Assembly: GCA_944390275.1 (NCBI GenBank)
Contig: CALXPL010000006.1
Location: forward strand, 28,734-92,733
Source: an uncultured Alphaproteobacteria bacterium
GTDB taxonomy: Bacteria > Pseudomonadota > Alphaproteobacteria > RF32 > CAG-239
DNA length: 64,000 nt
Reading direction: 5' to 3'
Shown here: in pieces, positions 10,882-19,103 of the stretch
Numbering within the stretch: position 1 is the first letter of the stretch
Layout of the letters: each line of letters begins with the position of its first letter
The notes under the pieces: generated by a model
The model's input: the letters and a program-made list of their open reading frames with translations, nothing else
Database searches by the model: none
What the model was told of the DNA's origin: nothing
Made by a program: the position numbers and the translations under genes

Positions 10882-12165
10882 ATGGTGAAATATTGGCATT
10901 TTTGTTTATTATCGGCAACAAGTTGTTTGCTCTTGTCAACAGATAATCTTGATGCAACTGTATTATCATCCATCCCTTCCGAATCGAGCAAACATCACTC
11001 ACACATCCACACTTTATCACACCTCGATTTGTCTCGTTTTTCTCCGTATCTTTTCCTGAAACAATCTGGTTATCAATCTTATAGAATGGCTTCGGTGTGT
11101 TTTATAACCGATGCCGGAAATTGCTCGGGACAAGAATTCAGTAATCTCGAAACACCGGATGGTACAAACCGCCCTGATTATGATACTATACCTGAACAAT
11201 GTCGTGATGCAGGATATACTAAAACGTCTTGTCCGGCAGGGCAACATTTAGTAAATCCTTGCCCTTCGGACAACCGTTATTACGAACGTTGTGAATGTAA
11301 TGAGAATTTAACCGAAATTTGTAATATTCCTTATTATGGGGTTGGATCGTCTTGTGATGGTAAATATGAAAAATGTGAACGAGATGACGACCGCGCTTGT
11401 AAAGAAGAAGGTTATCCTTTAACGGGAAGCTGTCCGACTTTGCAAGTTCCCAATCGTCGTTGTCCTTATGATTCCAATTATTACGATAAATGTGTTTGCC
11501 AATCAGGATTAATCAGTTGCCCGTCGCCGCAAATCGGAGTTGGACCGTCTTGTGGCGGAAAATATCAATCTTGTCAATGTCCGAGCAATTATAAATCTTG
11601 TGATTGCGGACCGGCTGTGGGAGCTTCTTCTTGTACCATTAACGGCAAAACCACTTACTCAGATTGTAAGGCTTGTTGCGATGATACTTGCCCAAGCGGT
11701 TATTCAAAAACCAACCCCGGAGGCTGTTATGATACAAGAACCACCGGATGTGGAAATACCTGTTATAAATCTAAATCTTGTTGCTCTTCATCTTATCGTT
11801 TTACATGCACTGGTTCACATGAAATACCCCCTGATGATGAATTATCCTGCGAAGGAAAATATCCTAAATGTCGATGCGATAGTTCTTCCTTGACATGGAA
11901 TATTAATTACGAAAGATGTCTCGCCCTTGGTCATCACGAAGTATATATTTCATCTGGAAAAGACTTATTTACCAATAACGGTAAAACTATTTATACATAT
12001 TCAGGTTTACCAATGAGATGTACAGCATGTCCTGAGAAACAATTATCATCTTCTACTGTTGTAGTTACAACTGTTGGCGGTTTTGATGAAGCAAAAGAGT
12101 TTATAAACAATTGGTCTGCAAAATGGTTCACAACAAATGAAAGTTGTTCTTCTGAATGTTTATAG
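10882..12165 (+). CDS. secreted cysteine-rich modular protein, paralogue 1
   Basis: 427 aa. Strong RBS (AAGGAGGA). N-terminus MVKYWHFCLLSATSCLLLSTDNLDA. Repeated modules of the form C..GYTKTSC...CP...YY..C.C and GVG.SC.GKY..C.C give 50 or more Cys. The first ~75 codons and the 5' leader are near-identical to the gene at 50631. Confidence 0.6.
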   Translation: MVKYWHFCLLSATSCLLLSTDNLDATVLSSIPSESSKHHSHIHTLSHLDLSRFSPYLFLKQSGYQSYRMASVCFITDAGNCSGQEFSNLETPDGTNRPDYDTIPEQCRDAGYTKTSCPAGQHLVNPCPSDNRYYERCECNENLTEICNIPYYGVGSSCDGKYEKCERDDDRACKEEGYPLTGSCPTLQVPNRRCPYDSNYYDKCVCQSGLISCPSPQIGVGPSCGGKYQSCQCPSNYKSCDCGPAVGASSCTINGKTTYSDCKACCDDTCPSGYSKTNPGGCYDTRTTGCGNTCYKSKSCCSSSYRFTCTGSHEIPPDDELSCEGKYPKCRCDSSSLTWNINYERCLALGHHEVYISSGKDLFTNNGKTIYTYSGLPMRCTACPEKQLSSSTVVVTTVGGFDEAKEFINNWSAKWFTTNESCSSECL

Positions 12166-12196
12166 AATCATTTCTTAACTTTAATTATACAAAAGT

Positions 12197-12225
12197 AATG
12201 AGCTTCTGCTTTTTTAGAAGCTCAT
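12197..12225. terminator. hairpin terminator (perfect 10-bp stem AATGAGCTTCT/AGAAGCTCATT with T-rich loop)
   Basis: Sits between the convergent genes 10882..12165 (+) and 12298..12456 (-). Confidence 0.5.
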
Positions 12226-12297
12226 TTTAATATTGCTAAAGATTATAGGAAGTTTAAATCAGAACAAAAAATGACAAAGATTATTCCCAAAACCTTA

Positions 12298-12456
12298 TTA
12301 CCATGGTATTCCTAAATAACATCTATCCGGTTTTCTTTGGCAATAGTCATCCTCTTTGCCCATTTGATGCAATTTTTCTCTGTCTTCAGAAAAATCTCCA
12401 ACAATAACACAACTGTTTAATAATATCAATGCTATGAGAAGAAGAACTTTTTTCAT
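12298..12456 (-). CDS. possible small lipoprotein (52 aa)
   Basis: MKKVLLLIALILLNSCVIVGDFSEDREKLHQMGKEDDYCQRKPDRCYLGIPW. Signal peptide plus Cys. Starts 13 nt downstream of the stop of 12469..12837. Below the ORF-track length cutoff. Confidence 0.3.
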   Translation of the reverse strand: MKKVLLLIALILLNSCVIVGDFSEDREKLHQMGKEDDYCQRKPDRCYLGIPW

Positions 12457-12468
12457 TATTTATTCCTT

Positions 12469-12837
12469 CTAAAAAATAATTTTATAACATATAAAAAGCA
12501 TCATGACCATTATTACTCTTGAAACATAACGCAAACAGATACTTTTATCATATTCTGCTGAGCTTTTCCATGTTCCGCTAACTAAAACAAAGCTATAAAA
12601 CACAAAAGCTGCTAAACATCCTAAGTAACATACTATTAATAATAATAGGCTTGTATTCATGTGCAACGGGTGAAAATATCTTGTAAAATACACCCATAAA
12701 CTTACTCCCGCTAATTTGTGGGCTAAAAGACTGCCAAAAAAACGAATTATAAAAACGGACACTATTAATCCTAAGACACCAAACTTCCAAAATGTATCGG
12801 TTAAGCTGAATTCTCCGTCCATCAATTTTTTTAACAT
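12469..12837 (-). CDS. hypothetical small membrane protein
   Basis: 122 aa with 3-4 TM helices. No family recognised. Confidence 0.4.
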   Translation of the reverse strand: MLKKLMDGEFSLTDTFWKFGVLGLIVSVFIIRFFGSLLAHKLAGVSLWVYFTRYFHPLHMNTSLLLLIVCYLGCLAAFVFYSFVLVSGTWKSSAEYDKSICLRYVSRVIMVMMLFICYKIIF

Positions 12838-12914
12838 CTCAATAAACCTCTCTGCTTATCTTTGTGCAATTTTGGCGTAATTATAGTATTAACGCAAGCA
12901 AAATCAACCTTAAA

Positions 12915-14297
12915 TTAACAAGTTGCTACATTTGCCGCCAACCCTCCTAATGAGGTTTCTTTATATTTATTTTGCATGTCTTTACCTGTATCGTACATCG
13001 TTTTTATTACACTATCTAATGAAACTGTATGTTGCCCCTTTCCTGATAAGGCTAAACGTGTCGAATTTACTGCTTTGATTGCTCCCATGGCATTTCTTTC
13101 TATACAGGGTATTTGAACCAAGCCACCGACTGGATCACAAGTTAATCCTAAATTGTGTTCCATCGCGATTTCCGCAGCACTTTCTATTTCTGATAAACTT
13201 CCTCCTCTTGCCGCTGTTAAACCCGCTGCTGCCATTGAACAGGCTACACCAACTTCCCCTTGACACCCGACTTCTGCTCCTGATATAGACGCATTGCTTC
13301 GATATAAACAACATATTGCCGAAGCGGTTAACATAAATATTTTTAGTCCTTCTTCTATGGTGTATGGCGATTTTACATGTGCAAACCGTTCAAAATAGCG
13401 ACTTACCGAAGGAATTACTCCTGCCGACCCCATCGTGGGGGCTGTTACTATTTGTCCCCCTGATGCATTTTCTTCGGCAACGGAAAATGCCCATAAATTT
13501 ATCCAATCAATTATTTGTAACGGATCGTAATTATTCTTTACAAAATTTTCTTCTAACTGTTTATATATTTCCGGGGCGCGGCGGCGAAGATTTAGTCCTC
13601 CCGGCAAGATTCCTCTTGTCTTCATTCCTCTATCTACGGCATTTTGCATAATTCGATAGATTTTCATTATACCTTCATCCGTATATTCCTTCCCGTGAAT
13701 TGCACATTCATTCTCATATATTATCTCGGAAATGTTTTTATTTTCTTTTTCACAAATCTCCCTAAGCTCCTTATAGGAATTAAACTCATACGGAACATTA
13801 TACGGAACTCTTGATATGCGGCGCGTAATTTCATCTTGTCGCGCTATTGTTCCTCCGCCTACCGAAAAATATATTTCATTCAATAATTCTTTACCCTCTT
13901 TATCGTAGGCTTTAAATTCAAGACCATTCGAGTGCTCTTTTAAAAATATTTCTTTTTTAAAAATAACATCTTTGTCTAAACTAAAATTTATCGCCTTTTC
14001 TTGGTTTAAATGCAATATATGATCTCTTTCAACCGCATTTACATATGGAATTTGAGGATCAATTGCTTCTGCTTCCAACCCCATTAGTCCATAGACTATG
14101 GCTTTTACCGTGCCGTGTCCTATTCCTGTTAGAGCTAATGATCCATAGAGTATTACTTCAATTTTTTCTACCTTATCAAAAAATCCTTGTTGATGAAGGT
14201 TATCTACATACCTTTTGGCTGCTCTCATTGGCCCTACCGTATGCGAACTTGAAGGACCAATTCCTACTGAAAATATTTCAAAATAGCTGTAATACAT
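12915..14297 (-). CDS. sdaA: L-serine dehydratase (single-chain, Fe-S dependent)
   Basis: [27 protein letters not shown]..., 460 aa. The [17 protein letters not shown]-terminus is diagnostic. Confidence 0.85.
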   Translation of the reverse strand: MYYSYFEIFSVGIGPSSSHTVGPMRAAKRYVDNLHQQGFFDKVEKIEVILYGSLALTGIGHGTVKAIVYGLMGLEAEAIDPQIPYVNAVERDHILHLNQEKAINFSLDKDVIFKKEIFLKEHSNGLEFKAYDKEGKELLNEIYFSVGGGTIARQDEITRRISRVPYNVPYEFNSYKELREICEKENKNISEIIYENECAIHGKEYTDEGIMKIYRIMQNAVDRGMKTRGILPGGLNLRRRAPEIYKQLEENFVKNNYDPLQIIDWINLWAFSVAEENASGGQIVTAPTMGSAGVIPSVSRYFERFAHVKSPYTIEEGLKIFMLTASAICCLYRSNASISGAEVGCQGEVGVACSMAAAGLTAARGGSLSEIESAAEIAMEHNLGLTCDPVGGLVQIPCIERNAMGAIKAVNSTRLALSGKGQHTVSLDSVIKTMYDTGKDMQNKYKETSLGGLAANVATC

Positions 14298-16003
14298 TAA
14301 AAATATGTCCTTATTCTTTTATAGGGTTTGTTTCCTAAACGCTTGTGAACTGATGCTATATATTCATGAAGATCATCCCAATTTGTATAGGCTTCTATAA
14401 ATTTTTTCGCTTCTTCCGGAGATTTTGATAATTGTATTCTTATTGTTTCCTCTAAAATCTTATGCATAACCTCGGGCAACTTTGTAAAGTTTATTACCAA
14501 CTTGTTCTCGGCATCAAAACTGATAGCTCCATGCTTCAGTAAAAAGTTAAAATGCATTAAATCTCCTAAACGATGAGGTTCTTCTGTCTTGGCTTTTAAC
14601 AATAAACGAACTATCCATGTCGTATAAACTTCTTTCAAGGTTTGTTCACTAATTATTCCTGCTTTCACATATTCCGGCATAAATGTTATGGAAACGACAT
14701 CGGCCTTATTTTCTTCAATTGTATGCTTATACAAGCCTAAAGCATTTTGATAGCTGCTGTCTGGTCCTAAAGAGTGGCCGTTTTCGTGTCCAATAACAAA
14801 AATGTGTTCTGCTTCCGGATTAAAATACTTATAAAAATCCTGATGAACAAGTGCTTTTAACAATTCTGAATCTCTTTTTTTATCCCTTGTCATGCGAACC
14901 TGACGGTGATAGACATTTCTTCGTCCACCTCCGGTTTTTATGGATAATTTATCATTATTCGGTAAATTTTGCGCCGTGGTTATCGCTCCTCGGCATTGGG
15001 CATAATCTCCCGTTAACGCTATCAAATCAACATCAACCATCGTTTGCTTTATTTCGCTGCCTTGAGTTACATTTTGGCTATATTGTTCTGAATACGGCAT
15101 GAGTTTTGCCAACTTTTTCATATAATCTTTGAATTTCAGCAACAGTGCCGTTCCTTCTTTATTGACTACTCCAACTCTTACTCCGAGCATATCTTTTGAA
15201 TTTACTTCAATTCCTCTTGCGGCAAGCATTCCTTGCAATTTCGAATTTTCACACAATGTCGCACTCATCTTATCATCATAATTTTCTCGGCTTAATGTAA
15301 ATTCAATATCCGTATTTTGCATTTGTGCCCAATGCTTATCTGCCAACATGTCCATATCTTCATTATTTTGCAGCAATGCTTGTGCTTGCCAACCGAGATA
15401 ATCTTTAAACAGAGAATCCGTTGTATAATGTGCTGCCAATTCCAACAAGTTGGCAATTTCCGAAAATTCTTTTGCAAAATATTCCGTATAATCTATTGCC
15501 TTCAGTTCGTTTCCTTGACGGCGAACCATTGTTCTGACACTTAGTATTTTTTTTACTTCTTCATCCTTACCTTCTTTAAGCATATTTTCTATGATGCGGT
15601 GAAATTCCTCAACGCTTAAATCTTCAGGATAAAAATTTCTTCCCGGTTTGGCACTAACATCTTTAAATATTTCAATATGCTTTGCATCTATTCCATTACT
15701 GCCTTCCACTCCATTAAGTGAATTAAATAAAATCAATGCTTTGGCTGCATAACTGCTACTCGTTGCGGCTTCTTCCAACCCTTGTTTTAACAGTCTATTT
15801 AAATGATGATCTTGTTCTAAGCTGACATTATTGATAATTTTTCCCGCTTTTACCAAATATTCCAGAGCTTTTTTATCTCCTTCACTTAGATTTTGATATC
15901 CTGGAAATTCTTTGCTTATCAATTCTATATCTATCATCTGATTGTTAATGATGTCGTCTAACTGCTCTTCCGTGAGTGCTATTTCATATCCTTTTATTTT
16001 CAT
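14297..16003 (-). CDS. zinc metallopeptidase, M49 (DPP III)-like with pentapeptide HExxH
   Basis: 568 aa. FVIGHENGHSLG is followed 22 residues later by EENKAD (HExxH...EExxAD). This pattern matches the short-spacer variant of bacterial DPP III-like enzymes. Stop/start overlap with sdaA. Confidence 0.5.
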   Translation of the reverse strand: MKIKGYEIALTEEQLDDIINNQMIDIELISKEFPGYQNLSEGDKKALEYLVKAGKIINNVSLEQDHHLNRLLKQGLEEAATSSSYAAKALILFNSLNGVEGSNGIDAKHIEIFKDVSAKPGRNFYPEDLSVEEFHRIIENMLKEGKDEEVKKILSVRTMVRRQGNELKAIDYTEYFAKEFSEIANLLELAAHYTTDSLFKDYLGWQAQALLQNNEDMDMLADKHWAQMQNTDIEFTLSRENYDDKMSATLCENSKLQGMLAARGIEVNSKDMLGVRVGVVNKEGTALLLKFKDYMKKLAKLMPYSEQYSQNVTQGSEIKQTMVDVDLIALTGDYAQCRGAITTAQNLPNNDKLSIKTGGGRRNVYHRQVRMTRDKKRDSELLKALVHQDFYKYFNPEAEHIFVIGHENGHSLGPDSSYQNALGLYKHTIEENKADVVSITFMPEYVKAGIISEQTLKEVYTTWIVRLLLKAKTEEPHRLGDLMHFNFLLKHGAISFDAENKLVINFTKLPEVMHKILEETIRIQLSKSPEEAKKFIEAYTNWDDLHEYIASVHKRLGNKPYKRIRTYF

Positions 16004-16004
16004 C

Positions 16005-17405
16005 TTAATCTATCTCCACTGTGTAAAAACGGTACACTTTAATTTTATTTGACCAATATATCGGACTCATTCCGGCTTTTAATTTTAATTCGTTTAAAAA
16101 TCTTTGCTTATCGGGAAACTCTTTCCATTCCGATGGTAAAAAGACTGCCTGTCTGTTTCCTGAACGGATTACAATTCCATCTTTTTCAGGAACTAATTTC
16201 TCTAACAAATCTTGCTCATTTTTATATTTTATTTCTTCAAAACCACTTAACAAAGAAATCGTTATCGTTATATCTTGCATTTCTTGCGGCTTAATATTTT
16301 CAAAGCGTTTATCTTCTTTGGCCGCAACATATATATTTTCCGATATATTTTTTGCTAAACTCTGTGTTGCAAGAACAGAACCACTCCAGGCTCTTTTCTG
16401 CCCTTGTTTTTTCAGTGTAATATAAACGGCTCCTTTATCAAATATTGAATCTTTATAATCTTTTCGAGACGGTTTATATTTTTTTCCTTCAAATACCGCT
16501 TGCGTTAGAGCCTCTTTTGCTATTGTTTTAATTTCTTCTTCATGCACTCGTTTGAAGTCTTGCAAAGATTTTATATCATCTGCCAATGTTCGCAATGCAT
16601 CTTGATTAATTGACATATCTTTTTCTCTTGTATCTTTTTTTTCTTTTTGTCCTGATGAAAAATCTATAATTTTGGGAAGAAAATCATTCTGTTTCGCTAA
16701 AGCTATTATTGTTTGTTCTGCTATTTCATTATTTATATTACCTTCGTTCTCTGATAAATCTGATACAAAAATTATTAACGTATTTATATTTTGTGTATAT
16801 TTATCAACGGCTTCTGCTAACTCTTGTGATGTAATTCTCTTATAAACAAGAGGAATAAACTGAAATTTTTTTAATTTTTTATTGAGTATCTCTAATTGTT
16901 TTTTAAAAACTTTTAATTGTTGTTCATTTGTTTTTAATACTTTCACATTATTTTCCGAAACCAAGGAATCAACCTTTGTTTTCTTGTCTTTTATATCAAC
17001 TAAACTTATTCCTTGTTTTATTTCCGGATCTATTGCGGGCGCAATCATTAGAATATTCTTTATCTTTGTCTGATTTGCTGATAATAAATTGTATGCATAT
17101 TCCGCAATTGTTGCACTATAAATATCTTCAATCTCGGGAACGACCATAATTCTTGGAATATCATATACCTTTTTTTCTGACGATACACTTTTTGTTGCTG
17201 AACTATAAAAAACTCCGGCAACTACCGTGGGACGATTTCTTTCCTCATAATCATCCGGCAAGGTATAGTTGGTAATATATTTATTATTTGAAGCCATGTG
17301 CTCACTTAAACTGCAATAATTTATTGCTAAAAGTGCCATAACAGCTGCACTTATCATTAACCACCGCAATATTTGTTTATAATCTATTGCAAATTTTGAG
17401 TCCAT
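16005..17405 (-). CDS. membrane-anchored MEMO1-like / AMMECR1-like fusion protein with substituted signature residues
   Basis: 466 aa. N-terminal TM helix (WLMISAAVMALLAINY). PTVVAGVFYSS, VPEIEDIYSATIAEYAY and IIFVSDLSEN parallel the MEMO1 motifs (R.P.VAG.FYP, PHAGY.YSG.VAA.AY, SsDlSHy) but with His replaced by Glu. The C-terminal 150 aa, GAVYITLKKQGQKRAWSGS...DKRF...ISLLS...VFLPSEW...LKAGMSP, parallels AMMECR1, with LRGCIG replaced by KRAWSGS. Confidence 0.5.
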   Translation of the reverse strand: MDSKFAIDYKQILRWLMISAAVMALLAINYCSLSEHMASNNKYITNYTLPDDYEERNRPTVVAGVFYSSATKSVSSEKKVYDIPRIMVVPEIEDIYSATIAEYAYNLLSANQTKIKNILMIAPAIDPEIKQGISLVDIKDKKTKVDSLVSENNVKVLKTNEQQLKVFKKQLEILNKKLKKFQFIPLVYKRITSQELAEAVDKYTQNINTLIIFVSDLSENEGNINNEIAEQTIIALAKQNDFLPKIIDFSSGQKEKKDTREKDMSINQDALRTLADDIKSLQDFKRVHEEEIKTIAKEALTQAVFEGKKYKPSRKDYKDSIFDKGAVYITLKKQGQKRAWSGSVLATQSLAKNISENIYVAAKEDKRFENIKPQEMQDITITISLLSGFEEIKYKNEQDLLEKLVPEKDGIVIRSGNRQAVFLPSEWKEFPDKQRFLNELKLKAGMSPIYWSNKIKVYRFYTVEID

Positions 17406-17448
17406 ATTTGTTCCTTTGTTCCTTTGCTGCTATTTTAGTGTCATCTTT

Positions 17449-18126
17449 TTAATTTTTTGCTAATTTTAATAATTTTAATAATTTTGAAAAATTTTCTACC
17501 CAAATTATTCTGCTATCTTTTTCTTGTATTCCATCTCCCCATATTGATTTATTGATTCGGATTGGAAGAGCTCCTATTGACAAAGCAACTGAACTATCTT
17601 GCGGACTATCTCCTATTATCCAAACATTATCTCTATTTATTTCTTCCGGTTTTAACAGTCCCTTTAATGCGTAAAGAGCATGTTGTCCATCTGGTTTATC
17701 CGCCGGAGCTTCATGACCACACACTATTTTATAAAAATTATTTTTTTCAAATAACAAAGGCAGTTCATATTCCAACAAGCACCTTTCTTTGTTTGTCATT
17801 ATTATTAATCTAACTTTATGCTCTAAAAAAAATTTTATTACCTCCGGAACCTTATCAAACGTTGTTATTTTATTTATAACAATTTGTTTATATATTTCTC
17901 GATATTCTTCATAAGCCTCTTTTGCTTTATCTCCAAAAATCAACGGAAAATTGTCTTTAAAAGACAAATTTCTATTTCTTTTTTCTTTACTAACTTCCCA
18001 GCATGGTAAGCCATAATTTGCCAAGACTTTATCAACTGCGTAAACCAATGATGTTCGACTTTCCGCTAATGTATTATCCCAATCAAATAGAACATACTTT
18101 AATTTTGATATATTTAACTGCTGCAT
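17449..18126 (-). CDS. HAD-superfamily phosphatase
   Basis: KYVLFDWDNTLAESR carries the DxDxT motif I. The downstream motifs are consistent with a HAD hydrolase. Confidence 0.7.
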   Translation of the reverse strand: MQQLNISKLKYVLFDWDNTLAESRTSLVYAVDKVLANYGLPCWEVSKEKRNRNLSFKDNFPLIFGDKAKEAYEEYREIYKQIVINKITTFDKVPEVIKFFLEHKVRLIIMTNKERCLLEYELPLLFEKNNFYKIVCGHEAPADKPDGQHALYALKGLLKPEEINRDNVWIIGDSPQDSSVALSIGALPIRINKSIWGDGIQEKDSRIIWVENFSKLLKLLKLAKN

Positions 18127-18196
18127 TTTTATATATACCGTTGTTTCGTGTTTCTGTTATAATTACCAGTAAATTTTCTTTTTTTCAATTTAAATA

Positions 18197-18232
18197 CAAA
18201 AAAAAGAACAAACCATTTGCCGTTCTTTTTAC
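18197..18232 (-). terminator. rho-independent terminator after XRE regulator gene
   Basis: AAGAAC-12nt-GTTCTT stem flanked by an A-run and a T-run (bidirectional geometry). It lies immediately 3' of the stop at 18248. Confidence 0.45.
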
Positions 18233-18247
18233 TTTCTGTTTTTATTA

Positions 18248-18655
18248 CTACTCTTCATCTTTACTAATATAACGCGACGACATTGACATAAGTAATTTAA
18301 AAAATTTATCTGCCAAATCTTTGTTAGAAATTGAATTGTAGGCATTGATTAAACGCATTGTTTTTTCTGTGTATATTTCATTATCATGCGTTTTGCTCTT
18401 TTCTGCGTCCATAAAAAAATAATCTATCGGAATATTTAATATTTGACTAAGCTCCCATAAACGGCTTGCACTAATTCTATTTTTTCCACTTTCGTATTTT
18501 TGAATTTGTTGAAATGTTAGGCCTATCATTTGTCCTAGCTTATCTTGGCTATACGCTAAATTTTGTCGGCGCAAACGAATCCTCTTACCTATTAAAATAT
18601 CGAGTGTGTTGGAATTATTTTTGTGCAAACAATCAGGAGATTTTGTTTCCATCAT
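18248..18655 (-). CDS. XRE-family helix-turn-helix transcriptional regulator
   Basis: GKRIRLRRQNLAYSQDKLGQMIGLTFQQIQKYESGKNRISASRLWELSQILNIPIDYFF is a Cro/C1-type HTH. Confidence 0.75.
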   Translation of the reverse strand: MMETKSPDCLHKNNSNTLDILIGKRIRLRRQNLAYSQDKLGQMIGLTFQQIQKYESGKNRISASRLWELSQILNIPIDYFFMDAEKSKTHDNEIYTEKTMRLINAYNSISNKDLADKFFKLLMSMSSRYISKDEE

Positions 18656-18674
18656 ATTGTCCTTAAACGATTTC

Positions 18675-18918
18675 CGGATATATCTGTAAATTCTGCAAGG
18701 CGGTGGTCAGGCTATCCCAAGAAAATCATCTAAAGCTATGACCGCTGTTTTGATATACAAAACAACTCGCACCGACCACCATATTATAAGTGGAAACGTA
18801 CGTTTGTTAAACAACAATAGACGGTACCGATATCTTTTAGGCGGTATCGGCACCGCCGCTTTAGACTAAGAGGAATTCTTGGGGTTCCTCTGAACCGCTT
18901 TCAGGTTCATGCTTTTTA
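18675..18918 (+). ncRNA. candidate structured small RNA (unclassified) in GC-enriched intergenic region
   Basis: Local G+C is clearly above the flanks. Several perfect hairpins are present (GGTGGTC...GACCACC, GGCGGT-ATCGGC-ACCGCC, GGTACCGATA...TATCGGCACC). A terminal TGAACC-GCTTTCA-GGTTCA stem is followed by TGCTTTTTA on the + strand. No match recognised to tmRNA, RNase P, SRP or 6S consensus. The strand is uncertain. Confidence 0.25.
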
Positions 18919-19103
18919 TAATAACTATCATTATAAATCATTTATGAAATATAACAATAGTGGCAGTTACAAGATAATTCTATCTCTAGACTATATCTGT
19001 TGGTACTTCTGCCTCTTTACCAACTCGTTTATGATATATCACTAATATTTGAATTGCAATAACAAACTTCAACATTCTTTTTGGTTGTGAATATTTATTA
19101 TTC

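Noticed and set aside
18675-18918. tmRNA (including two-piece permuted form), RNase P RNA, SRP RNA
   Set aside because: There is no tRNA-like acceptor/T-arm with CCA. No tag reading frame ends in hydrophobic residues followed by a stop. No GGAAAGTCCGG-type or SRP domain-IV consensus is present. It is kept only as an unclassified candidate RNA.
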